From Sumerlaeia bacterium (GTDB taxonomy: Bacteria; Sumerlaeota; Sumerlaeia; SLMS01; JAHLLQ01), in assembly GCA_040219255.1 (NCBI GenBank), contig JAVJSW010000033.1, positions 1 to 64,000 on the forward strand: a DNA stretch of 64,000 nucleotides, written 5' to 3'. Positions 27,154 through 36,664 of this stretch are shown here, one piece after another; the first letter of the stretch is position 1, and every line of letters starts with the position of its first letter. The translations under genes were made by a program, and so were the position numbers. Below the pieces are notes generated by a model. That model saw only the letters and a program-made list of their open reading frames with translations. It was not told where the DNA came from and ran no database searches.

Positions 27154-28257
27154 TTACTTCATCGCCATGGTTCGCGTCAGGACTTCGATGCCTTCCAGGA
27201 CGCGGCCGGTGCCTTCGACGATGGCGGTTTCCGGGTTGGTGCAGAGGTACACGGGCAGGCGCGTTTCGCGGGCGATGACTTCCGGCAGGCCGCGAAGCTG
27301 GCTCGAACCGCCGGCCATGCAGATGCCGCGCTCGACGATGTCGCCGGCGAGTTCCGGCGGGGTCTTCTCCAGCGTCAGCTTGACCGCGTTGATGATCGTG
27401 GAAATCGGCTCCCAGAGCGCGTCGCGCACTTCCTGGCTGTGGATGTCGATGATGCGCGGCAGACCCGTCATCAGATCGCGGCCCTTGATTTCCATCAGCA
27501 GTTCCTCCACCAGAGGCTCCGCGCTGCCGATGTGGATTTTGATGTCCTCGGCCGTTCGCGGGCCGATCATCAGGTTGTATTTACGCTTCACGTGCTGGAT
27601 GATGGCGTCGTCCATGGCGTCGCCGGCACACCGCACCGACTCGCTCTCCACGATGGCGCCCAGGCTGACCACCGCCACTTCCGTGGTGCCGCCACCGATG
27701 TCGATCACCATGCTGCCGATGGCTTCGTTGACATGCAGGCGCTTGTCCAGCCGGCGGCGGAGTTGCTTGCGGGTCTCCTCCGGCAGGTCCTCTTGCTTGG
27801 GCAGGCGGGCGCCGATGGCGGCGGCCATCGGCTCCTCGATCAGGATCACGCTGCGGGCGCCGGCCATCAGGGCGCTTTCCTTCACCGCGCGGCGCTCCAC
27901 GGCGGTGATGCCGGTGGGGACGCTGACCACGACGCGGGGGCGGATGAAATGCCGGTGGCCGCGGCCTTCGAGGACGCGGCGGATGAAGTAGGAGAGCATC
28001 TCCTGGGTGACGTCGAAATCGGCGATCACGCCGTCCTTCATGGGCCGGATGGCGGTGATGGAGCCGGGCGTGCGGCCGAGCATTTTCTTGGCCTCGGACC
28101 CGACGGCGACGACGTCGCCCGCTTCGTTGATGGCGACCACGGAGGGTTCGGTCAGGACGATGCCCTCGCCCTTCACATAGACGAGGGAGTTGGCCGTACC
28201 GAGGTCGATACCGATATCGATGTGAAAATAATCAACGAGGTTCTGGAGGGCGAGCAT
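27154..28257 (-). CDS. mreB: Rod shape-determining protein MreB
   Basis: DIGIDLGTAN, EPSVVAI, IRPMKDGVIADF, EEPMAAAIGA, DIGGGTTEVAVVSLG, TPPELAGDI. Confidence 0.96.
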   Translation of the reverse strand: MLALQNLVDYFHIDIGIDLGTANSLVYVKGEGIVLTEPSVVAINEAGDVVAVGSEAKKMLGRTPGSITAIRPMKDGVIADFDVTQEMLSYFIRRVLEGRGHRHFIRPRVVVSVPTGITAVERRAVKESALMAGARSVILIEEPMAAAIGARLPKQEDLPEETRKQLRRRLDKRLHVNEAIGSMVIDIGGGTTEVAVVSLGAIVESESVRCAGDAMDDAIIQHVKRKYNLMIGPRTAEDIKIHIGSAEPLVEELLMEIKGRDLMTGLPRIIDIHSQEVRDALWEPISTIINAVKLTLEKTPPELAGDIVERGICMAGGSSQLRGLPEVIARETRLPVYLCTNPETAIVEGTGRVLEGIEVLTRTMAMK

Positions 28258-28732
28258 TTTGGGAGCGGTCCTGCGGGGCGGTTCTCGGGAGCGGAAGCAT
28301 CAGGGCAACGGGAGCAGCGAAAAGGAACAGACGAGGGGACATTCAGCGCGGAACCGGCGGCTGGGAACTCGGGGAACTCATGGGAAGTGAGGGGGCGAGA
28401 CCGGCGGAATTTCGATGAATTTCTCGTCTAGCGAACGAAGGCAGGCCTGGGGCAACACCGTCAAGATGAAATCGAGGGGATTTTCGGGATTTTGAAAATC
28501 TTGGAGCGTCCCCGGATTTCGAGGGGGCAACGATTCCGCGAAAACCAGGGCCCATCACCCACCACACAAATTCGCGGGGAATTCAGCAGGTGGGCCTCAT
28601 TTTCTTCAGGTGGCTCGCGCTCAGTTCCTAGAGAGGCTCCCTGGCCTATGCCGCTTCGCCATGGGCGAGCGAGGACGAGGAAGCGGATGCGATTTCCCTT
28701 CTTGATCGTCCAAGGCCCGAGTCCTCGGATCC

Positions 28733-29512
28733 TTAGTCATTGAGTCCGAACACGTCCTCCAGCTCCTTTTGGTCCGATTTTTCTCGCTCCTCTGGCGTCA
28801 TCGCGTCGAGTATGTCCTGATCCACGCTCTCCTCTTCGGATGGTTCCATCTTGGGATCCAGGTTGAGTCGGCTGAAATCCACGAAACCCAGGCCGAAATC
28901 AGATGCGCTCTCAGCTTGAAGTGCCCTCATATACTTGGCGATGCAGCGCTGAGAGAGCACGTCGAAATCCACCAAACCAGATGCTTTGTCGAAGAAGCCT
29001 TGCCAGAAGCGGACTTGTTCGGCTGTCGAGTTGAAGCCGCTGGCGGCAGAGACGGATAAGGCACAGTCGGCCTTGATAAGCTCCTCAAGCAGTCGCTGTG
29101 GGATTGGCTCCAAGGAGGTCAGGAAAAGGCGCTCGCATTTCGCGGTAAACGGCTCGAGCAGCTCAGCAAAGGCTTTGAAGGTAAACCCAGTGCTTCCAAC
29201 GCTCAAATAATCCCAGTCAACATCGTTGAGGTTGATGAAAAGGTAGGGGTACTGACTGGCCTTGTATTCGGCGAAGGCGTACTTGAGTCCCTTGGCGTAG
29301 TACACGGCCCGGAAGGGACGAAAGCGATCCCCCACGGAGTCGCATATCGTCTCTGCCACACAAAGCGCCTTAGGGCCGTCAGGGTTGAGTAGGTCGAAGA
29401 AGAAGGTGCGGGTCGAGTACAGGGACTCGTGTCCGGTCAGGGGGCAGAGCTTGTCTCTCTGCTCAGCCTGTTCTTGCAGCTCAGCGATAAGAGCCCAGTA
29501 TTGAATGTTCAT
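28733..29512 (-). CDS. Hypothetical protein with acidic C-terminal tail (lower-GC islet)
   Basis: Start at MNIQYW with SD TAAGGAG. 259-aa open frame with atypical codon use. No family recognised. Confidence 0.6.
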   Translation of the reverse strand: MNIQYWALIAELQEQAEQRDKLCPLTGHESLYSTRTFFFDLLNPDGPKALCVAETICDSVGDRFRPFRAVYYAKGLKYAFAEYKASQYPYLFINLNDVDWDYLSVGSTGFTFKAFAELLEPFTAKCERLFLTSLEPIPQRLLEELIKADCALSVSAASGFNSTAEQVRFWQGFFDKASGLVDFDVLSQRCIAKYMRALQAESASDFGLGFVDFSRLNLDPKMEPSEEESVDQDILDAMTPEEREKSDQKELEDVFGLND

Positions 29513-29861
29513 GGAACACTCCTTATGTGGTATGGTCCTTCGATGGGACTCGCCAGGAGTCCCACACGGAGGATGCCATGTCAAGGAGGTAAACGTACTT
29601 TTCTGATGGGGTCGCATCGAAGTCCCGGAATTGTCGCCCTAGATCGAGTATAAGTCTAACAAAATCAACTATGGAAACCACGAACGAGGGCGCCATTCGA
29701 GTACTTCATCGAGTGGATTAGGTAATGCAAAGTTGTGATGAGATCCAAATACAAATAAACCGGATAAAGTTTTAGAAAATTGTGGTCAAGAAAAAGTCCT
29801 TGAAAAAGAATGTCTGGGAAAAAGGATTCAATCGCTGGCTTGAAAACTATAACGCCTTGAA

Positions 29862-30100
29862 AGAATCAAGCGGTTGGAGAATCCCTTCCAAAGTTCAAAA
29901 AGCTGAGATTTACCGCGCTCGTTCTGATCGTGCGTGACTCTTCAGCGGCAAAACTAAGAAATTTTGTCAGAACTTAGCGGTTGAAGAAACCCCTCCCAAA
30001 TCCAAAATTCGTGAGTTTTCGGCGCTTTTTTAAACTTCGCGCGTAATTTTTCCGCGATTCCAAACTTTCCTGAGAAGAAAAAAATCTCCCAACTTTCCAG
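29862..30100. repeat. Degenerate tandem repeat, period ~107 bp, in an AT-rich intergenic region
   Basis: AGAATCAAGCGGTTGGAGAATCCCTTCCAAA (29862) vs AGAACTTAGCGGTTGAAGAAACCCCTCCCAAA (29969). Similarity continues about 90 bp; a partial third copy lies near 30070. Confidence 0.6.
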
Positions 30101-30131
30101 ATTGGCGCCGTGGGGGGATGTGTCTTAGGGA

Positions 30132-31292
30132 TTGGAGCGTGGGCCGGTCAAAGGGCCCGGAACCTTGTCGCCCCGGTGGTTGAGCTTGTTCGTGCATCCG
30201 ATTTTTTCGTTACCGTTTCGCGCCGTTTGTGTGGCGTTCCTCGTGGCGTTGTCCCTGGGGGCGGCGGGGGTCGGGGCGGCGACGTTGTCGCCTCGCGAGG
30301 CGCTGACCGGGGGGCTGCGGGTGACGGCGGTGGTGGATGTGTTCGATCCGGTGGCTTACGAGGCGCTGCTCGATTCGTCGGGAGCCGAGGAGCCGGGGGG
30401 GCTGTTCGCTCTCCTGTCGGACCAGGAAAGCAGCCTTACCGAACCGCTGGCGGAAGCCCGCGTGCCGGTGATTTCTCAGTTCGAGGTGGAGGCTTATTTT
30501 CTAGACGGGCGGATCGTGGCCATCACGGGGACCGGCGACGATGGGGCGGAGGTGGTGACGCTGAACGAGAAGGCGCAAGTCCTGCGCACGGCGTCCACGT
30601 TGACGCCGGACGCCCCGTTCGCCCCGGCGGTGGCGAGCGAACACAGCGCCCGGGTGCTGGCGTCGCCGGGCCTGGGTCATCTGTGGGTCAAGTGGATGAT
30701 GGACGAGGCGGCCACCACGGGGACCGAGCGCGCCGCCGCCGAGACGCCGGTAACGACGCCGGTGCCCGACGCCGGCGGGCGTCTGCCGGCGCTGCGCGAA
30801 CCGCGCGGCCGCGACCGCGTCCAGCGCGTGCTCACGTTGGGAAAGGACGGCCTGCCGCGGCACCTGACGTATTCGGAAACGAGCGAGGAGGGAACGGTGC
30901 TGGCCCGCGAACTGGTGGCGTTCCTCGAACCGGACGAGGACGATTTTTTCGGGCTGCCTTATCAGGTTCAAACGATCCGCCGCGAGCGCACGGAGGAAGG
31001 CCTTCAGACAGTCTTTGTGGCGCTGGCGACGATGGAAGTGATGGAAACGATCGATCCGCGGCTCGACCCCACCGCGCTCTTCGAGCGTCTCCGGACCCAG
31101 GGCGAACCAGACCTGGGGATGCAGTCGGCGTCGCCACTCTCGGGCGAAATCGCCCCTCGCGTGCTCCAGCCACCGGTGCTGATCCAGGACGATCCGCGCG
31201 GCAAAGGCGGCGTGACCAAGCTGGCCTTTATCATCGTGCTGTGCGTGGTGGTGCTGATCGTGGGGATCCGGGTGATTCTGGCGGTGCGCTAA
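30132..31292 (+). CDS. Hypothetical exported protein with C-terminal membrane anchor; start uncertain
   Basis: Hydrophobic N-terminal segment (VCVAFLVALSLGAAGVGA), beta-rich middle, C-terminal TM LAFIIVLCVVVLIVGIRVILAVR. Confidence 0.6.
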   Translation: MERGPVKGPGTLSPRWLSLFVHPIFSLPFRAVCVAFLVALSLGAAGVGAATLSPREALTGGLRVTAVVDVFDPVAYEALLDSSGAEEPGGLFALLSDQESSLTEPLAEARVPVISQFEVEAYFLDGRIVAITGTGDDGAEVVTLNEKAQVLRTASTLTPDAPFAPAVASEHSARVLASPGLGHLWVKWMMDEAATTGTERAAAETPVTTPVPDAGGRLPALREPRGRDRVQRVLTLGKDGLPRHLTYSETSEEGTVLARELVAFLEPDEDDFFGLPYQVQTIRRERTEEGLQTVFVALATMEVMETIDPRLDPTALFERLRTQGEPDLGMQSASPLSGEIAPRVLQPPVLIQDDPRGKGGVTKLAFIIVLCVVVLIVGIRVILAVR

Positions 31293-32257
31293 TCCCGCAG
31301 CGTCTTCCCCGTCAGCTTCAGGAAAACCGTTTCCAGATTCGCCTCGCTCAGCTCCAGGTGGGCGACTTTCAGGCCAAGTTCGTCCACGGCCCGCAGCACC
31401 GACGCGAGGCCTTGCTGAGGGCGTTCGCTCTCGATGCGGATCAGGCCGTCGCCGGCGGCTTCCATGGTGGCGGGTGACGCGATGGACTCGCGCAGGCGGG
31501 CCGCAAGGTCTTCGGCCCCCTCCTCGACGCGCAGTTCCAAGTGACCCCGGCCGTGGGCGGCGATCAGCTCGGCTGGCGTTCCCACCGCCACCAACTGCCC
31601 CGCGTCCATAATCCCCACCCGGTCACAGAGCGACTGCGCTTCCTCCATGTAATGCGTGGTGTAGAGCACCGTCATGCCGTGCTCGCGGTTCAGGCGGCGC
31701 ACATTCTCGAAGATGCGGTTTCGCGATTGAGGGTCCACGCCGACGGTGGGCTCGTCGAGCAGCAGCAGGCGGGGGCGATGGAGCAGCCCCGCGGCGAGAT
31801 TGAGGCGGCGCTTCATGCCGCCGCTGAAGGCGGAAACGCGGTCGCGGGCGCGTTCTTCCAGTCCGGCGAGGCGGAGCGCTTCCCCGGCGCGGGCTTTCAA
31901 TTCGGAGCCCCCCAGGCCGTACAGCCGGCCGAAGTACAGCAGGTTGTCGCGGGCGCTGAGGCTGGGGTACAGGGCGAGGTCTTGCGGAACGACGCCGACG
32001 AGGCGCTTGACGGCGTCGCGGTTGGGGGTGAGGTCCATGCCGGCGATGCGCACTTGGCCGCCGTCGGCTTCGCGCAGGCAGGACAGGACGCTGAAGGTGC
32101 TGGTCTTGCCCGCGCCGTTGGGGCCGAGAAGACCGAAGATTTCGCCCTCCGCCACGGAGAAGGTGGCGCCGTTGACCGCCGCGAAGCCGCCATAGCGCAC
32201 CAGCAGGGCGCGGACGTCGATCATCGGGTGCGGAGAGGCGGGTGCGGAGGGTCTCAT
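31289..32257 (-). CDS. ABC-2 type exporter ATP-binding protein (DrrA/LinL-like)
   Basis: GPNGAGKTST, VPQDLALYP, FSGGMKRRLNLA, DEPTVGVDPQSR, TTHYMEEA, NLETVFLKLTGKTLRD. Confidence 0.92.
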   Translation of the reverse strand: MRPSAPASPHPMIDVRALLVRYGGFAAVNGATFSVAEGEIFGLLGPNGAGKTSTFSVLSCLREADGGQVRIAGMDLTPNRDAVKRLVGVVPQDLALYPSLSARDNLLYFGRLYGLGGSELKARAGEALRLAGLEERARDRVSAFSGGMKRRLNLAAGLLHRPRLLLLDEPTVGVDPQSRNRIFENVRRLNREHGMTVLYTTHYMEEAQSLCDRVGIMDAGQLVAVGTPAELIAAHGRGHLELRVEEGAEDLAARLRESIASPATMEAAGDGLIRIESERPQQGLASVLRAVDELGLKVAHLELSEANLETVFLKLTGKTLRD

Positions 32258-32432
32258 CGGCGCGAGCATTCGCGCCCGGCGCGCCGGGCGCCAAGCCGTT
32301 TTCGAGGCTCCCGTCCGGGGTCCGGTGGAAACTTTCGCGCCCGGATCGTGGCCTGCCCTTGCGGAACGCTGGTCTCCAGCGCTACGAACCATGACCGGTG
32401 GCTTCCGGGCCACGAGGGAGGAAAAGAACGCC

Positions 32433-35400
32433 ATGACCGACCCCCAGGCTTTGTGGGAGCAACTGCAAGAGGAGCGCGCGCGCCGCAAAGCGCTCGAAGA
32501 GGTGCTGCGTAAGCGCGTCCTCTACGAACGCTACCTGACCGATTTCGCCTCGCAGTTTCTCCACAGCGGGCCCCACGAACTCGATGCGACCCTCGCGCGG
32601 GTGATGACCATGATCGGCTCTCTGGCACAGGCCGACCGGGCTTACCTGGTGCTCTGGAATGGCGAGACGGGCCGCCCCGCCGTGCGGGCGCAATGGCGCC
32701 AGGAAGGAAAGAAAGCGATCCAGCCGGAGAACATGGGCGGCGACGCGTTTTTCCGCAACTACCTGGAGCGCGTCCGCCAGGGACAATTGGCCCTGCTTGG
32801 CATCGAGCCCGATCCCTGGGAGTCCGATTTCGGCATCTCCCTCGCCAGCCAAACCGCCGTCCCGATGGTCGGCCCGCTGGCCTGGGTCCCGATTCAGCAG
32901 GGTCCCAAAGTGGTCGGTTTTCTCGGCGCCGACAGCGTCAGCCAACGCACGATCCGATGGTCCGTCGATTTTGTGTCCTTTCTGCGTCTGGTCAGCGAAA
33001 TGATGCTGACGGCGATTCAGCGCCAGGCTGCGGAGCGCGGTCTCCAGGGGCACCGGCGTTTCCTCCGCGGGGTCATCGACGCCCTGCCCACGCCCATCGC
33101 CGTGATGGACCGCGGCGGCCAGTATCTCCTGGTAAACGAAGCCAAAGCCGCGCTCTTCGGCATGACGCGGGAAGACATCGAAGGGCAGCGGGAAGCCTTT
33201 CTCGAGAGCCGTTACGAGGAGCCGGAGCGCCGCCGCGAACTCGCCCGCCGCGTCTTCGAAACGGGAAGGGAGCACACCTTCACCGAACGCTTGACCAACG
33301 CCGCCGGCGAGCAGCGCTGGTTCGACACGGTGTTGCGGAGCCTCGATTCGCCCGGCGGCGACGAAGCCTACACGTTGACCGTGATGACGGACCTGACGGA
33401 CCGCCGCGGCATGGAGCAGGATCTGCGCGAAAGCGAGGCGGCCATCCGCACACTCTACGAAATCGGCTCGAACGCCACCATGACGTTCCAGGAAAAAATC
33501 CAGTTCCTACTGGGCTTTGGCTGCGGCCGCTTCGATGTCGAGCACGGGTTCCTGGCGCGCATGGATCAGGAAGAAAACGTCTTTGACGTGCAGGAAGCGA
33601 TCGGGCCGGAGCACGGCCGCATCCCCAAGGGCTACCGTTGCGGGTTGGAGGATACCTACTGCCGCCGGCTGTACTCCGAGGACTCGCCGATCATCGTCGA
33701 GAACGCCGGCGAGGACGCGGGCTGGAAGGATTACGTTCCCTATCGGATGCGGCGGCTCGAGACGTATCTCGGCACGCGGGTCATGATCGGCGGGCGGCTC
33801 TGGGGCTCGTTCTGCTTTTTCAGCATGAAGCCCCATCGCAGAAGCTACACGACCCTCGACCGGGAATTGCTGAACCTGATGGCTCAGATGGTCGCCGGCG
33901 AGATCGAACGCCGCGAGCGCGAGAGCGAGCTGCGGCTGATGGAATTCGCCGTCAACCGCGCTGGCGAGTCCGTTTTCTGGTACGACGAAAGAGGCGCCAT
34001 CGCCTACGCGAACGATGCGGCCTGCCGCAACCTGGGCTACAGCCGCGAGGAACTGCTGAAGAAGGCCTGCTGGGAAATCGTCAAGGACTGCGAGGAGTCG
34101 CACTTCTTGGAGCGCTGGGGCGAAATCCAGCAAGGCCAGGCGGCCATCTTCGAGTGCGAGCACATCCGCCGAGACGGCACCCTGATGTCCGTCGAATCCA
34201 GCCTCAACAAGGTGCGTTTCGAGGGGCGCGAATACATCTGCGCGTTCGTCCGCGACATCTCCAGCCGCAAGGAAGCGGAGGCGCACCTGCTGAAGAGCAT
34301 GGAAAAAGCTGAGGCCGCCACGAAGGCCAAGAGCATGTTCCTGGCGAACATGAGCCACGAAATCCGCACGCCCCTCAACGGTGTCATCGGCATGACGGGG
34401 CTGCTGCTGGACACGAAGCTGGACAACGAGCAGCGCGAGTGGGGCGAAGCGATCCGCCGCTCCGGCGAGGCCCTGCTTTCGGTGGTCAACGACGTCCTCG
34501 ACTTCTCGAAAATCGAGGCGGGCAAGCTGGAACTGGAAGAAACGCCCTTCGATCCGTTTCTGGCGGCCGAAGAAATCGCCGACCTTCTGGCCCCCAAGGC
34601 GCACGACAAAGGCATCGAGCTGTCCTACCTGGTATCGCCCGGTCTGCCCCGCTACCTGATCGGCGACCCGGGGCGGATCCGCCAAGTTCTGCTGAACCTG
34701 ACGGGCAACGCCATCAAGTTCACGGAAAAGGGCGGCGTGGAACTGATCATCGGCGGGCACGACGAATCGGACGACGAAGTCACCGTGCGCTTCGAAGTCC
34801 GCGATACCGGCATCGGCATTCCCGTGGAGCGCCTGAATCGGCTGTTCCAGCCCTTCAGCCAAGTGGACGCCTCCATGACGCGGCGCTACGGAGGAACGGG
34901 GCTCGGTCTGGCGATTTGCCGCGAACTGGCGGAATTGATGGGCGGCGAAGTGGGCGCGGAAAGCGAGCAAGGCAAGGGCTCGAACTTCTGGTTCACGGCC
35001 CGCCTGCGAAAAGAGGGCGACGCGGCCACCCACAGCCAGCGCCGCGCCAGCCGCAACCGCCTCCGCGGGCTGCGCATGCTCGTGATCGACGCCAACGACA
35101 CCCACCGCGAGAACCTGATGCAGCAGGTCTCCCTCTGGGGCGTGGAATGCTCCGAAGCCTGCGGCGGCCTCGAGGGGCTCGCCCGGCTGCGGCACGGGGC
35201 GGACTCCAGATGCCCCTTCGATCTGGTGCTCCTGGACACGATGCTGACCGATCTCGAGCCCTCCGCCTTCGTCAAGCGCACCCGCGCCGATCGCCGCTTC
35301 GCCGACACCCGCACCGTTCTGATGGTGCCCCGCTCGAAACGAAGCGAGGAAACCAGTCGCGCCGTCGAGGGCGTCTCCGCCGTTCTCCCCAAACCGGTCA

Positions 35401-36323
35401 AGCAATCGCAGCTCTACGACTGCCTCGTCGCCTTGATCGACGCGGACGAAACGGGGCTGGAGGCGAGCGCTTCGCCTATCAAGGCGGCACCGGCCCTGCC
35501 CCCCGAGCGCACCTTCAACATGCGCGTCCTGGTCGCCGAGGACAACGCCATCAACCAGAAGGTCGCGATGCGCATGCTCGAACGGCTCGGGTGCCGCTGC
35601 GATGTCGCGGGCAATGGCCTGGAGGCCCTCAACGCCGCCAAGAGCCTGCCCTACGACATGATCTTCATGGACTGTCAGATGCCCGAGATGGACGGCTTCC
35701 AGGCCACCGCCGCCATCCGCGCGCTCAAGACCGCCGCGGCCCACACTCCCGTCGTCGCCATGACCGCCAATGCCCTGCGGGGCGACCGCGACCGCTGTCT
35801 GGCGGCGGGAATGGACGATTACGTGGCTAAACCGGTGAACCGCGACGTGCTGATCGAAGTCCTCGCCCGATGGGAACAGCGCCGTTCTCAAGCGCGCCAG
35901 CCCAGCCCCGACGCCTCCCTGGAGGACGTGACGCCGGAAGATACGCAGGAACCAGGTTCCCGTCTGGCCACGGGAACCCTGACACTCGACATCAGCCGGC
36001 TCCTGCAAATCGCCGACGGCGATCACGATTTCGTGCAGGAGTTGCTCCGAAGCTTCTGCGACGAGTCCGAAAAGCGCATCGGCGATTTGGGCCAGGCGAT
36101 TGCGGACTGTGACTGGCCGAAAGCCTACCGCGCAGCCCATTCGATCAAGGGCGGGGCCTCCAATGTGGGGGCCAACCGCCTGAGCCGCGCCGCCAAACGC
36201 ATCGAGGACCTGACGCGCGAACCGGGCGAGATCGACCTCCAGGGGATTCGCCGGCTCTTTGAAACAGTGGATGTGGAATTCCGAAGGGCCGCCGCCGCAA
36301 TGCTCAGCAAATCCAGCGACTGA
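32433..36323 (+). CDS. Cytoplasmic hybrid sensor histidine kinase (GAF-PAS-GAF-PAS-HisKA-HATPase-REC-REC-Hpt)
   Basis: FLANMSHEIRTPLNG, NLTGNAIKFT, DTGIGI, GGTGLGL, two receivers (VLLDTML; IFMDCQMPEMDG), Hpt AHSIKGGASNVGA. SD GGAGG before MTDPQ. Confidence 0.95.
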   Translation: MTDPQALWEQLQEERARRKALEEVLRKRVLYERYLTDFASQFLHSGPHELDATLARVMTMIGSLAQADRAYLVLWNGETGRPAVRAQWRQEGKKAIQPENMGGDAFFRNYLERVRQGQLALLGIEPDPWESDFGISLASQTAVPMVGPLAWVPIQQGPKVVGFLGADSVSQRTIRWSVDFVSFLRLVSEMMLTAIQRQAAERGLQGHRRFLRGVIDALPTPIAVMDRGGQYLLVNEAKAALFGMTREDIEGQREAFLESRYEEPERRRELARRVFETGREHTFTERLTNAAGEQRWFDTVLRSLDSPGGDEAYTLTVMTDLTDRRGMEQDLRESEAAIRTLYEIGSNATMTFQEKIQFLLGFGCGRFDVEHGFLARMDQEENVFDVQEAIGPEHGRIPKGYRCGLEDTYCRRLYSEDSPIIVENAGEDAGWKDYVPYRMRRLETYLGTRVMIGGRLWGSFCFFSMKPHRRSYTTLDRELLNLMAQMVAGEIERRERESELRLMEFAVNRAGESVFWYDERGAIAYANDAACRNLGYSREELLKKACWEIVKDCEESHFLERWGEIQQGQAAIFECEHIRRDGTLMSVESSLNKVRFEGREYICAFVRDISSRKEAEAHLLKSMEKAEAATKAKSMFLANMSHEIRTPLNGVIGMTGLLLDTKLDNEQREWGEAIRRSGEALLSVVNDVLDFSKIEAGKLELEETPFDPFLAAEEIADLLAPKAHDKGIELSYLVSPGLPRYLIGDPGRIRQVLLNLTGNAIKFTEKGGVELIIGGHDESDDEVTVRFEVRDTGIGIPVERLNRLFQPFSQVDASMTRRYGGTGLGLAICRELAELMGGEVGAESEQGKGSNFWFTARLRKEGDAATHSQRRASRNRLRGLRMLVIDANDTHRENLMQQVSLWGVECSEACGGLEGLARLRHGADSRCPFDLVLLDTMLTDLEPSAFVKRTRADRRFADTRTVLMVPRSKRSEETSRAVEGVSAVLPKPVKQSQLYDCLVALIDADETGLEASASPIKAAPALPPERTFNMRVLVAEDNAINQKVAMRMLERLGCRCDVAGNGLEALNAAKSLPYDMIFMDCQMPEMDGFQATAAIRALKTAAAHTPVVAMTANALRGDRDRCLAAGMDDYVAKPVNRDVLIEVLARWEQRRSQARQPSPDASLEDVTPEDTQEPGSRLATGTLTLDISRLLQIADGDHDFVQELLRSFCDESEKRIGDLGQAIADCDWPKAYRAAHSIKGGASNVGANRLSRAAKRIEDLTREPGEIDLQGIRRLFETVDVEFRRAAAAMLSKSSD

Positions 36324-36664
36324 CCGCCCCGAAATCCTTCAACCACTGAGTCAAAGCGGACACAGTGGGGGAGCGATTTTGTGGGAGTTGGCTGGCGCCT
36401 GAGCGGGGAATCTCCAGCGGCTCGATGTTCGCCTCAGGCGTTATGGAAGAAGGGACGCGTCAATTTGGAGAGGAAAAGAAAGAATCCAAAGTGAAGGACA
36501 AAACTTTGATTTTGAAAGTAGTGACATTCCACCCGACGATGCCAATTTCTCCGTGAAGACTCCGTCCTCCGTGAAATCCACGGGTTGAACGGGTTGAACG
36601 CTCGCCCGCAATTCCCGTTGCATCGCGGGGTTGACTCCCGTTCCGTGCCTCACGGAAACGTAAC

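Noticed and set aside
29862-30100. CRISPR array or replication origin
   Set aside because: Units are long, degenerate and similar along their whole length (no repeat-spacer structure). There are no cas genes, no clear TTATCCACA boxes and no dnaA/rep gene.
36550-36660. Short repeats ACGGGTTGA x2, TCCGTGAA x2 and a small hairpin before oppC
   Set aside because: Too short and too few to distinguish from chance or ordinary promoter sequence.
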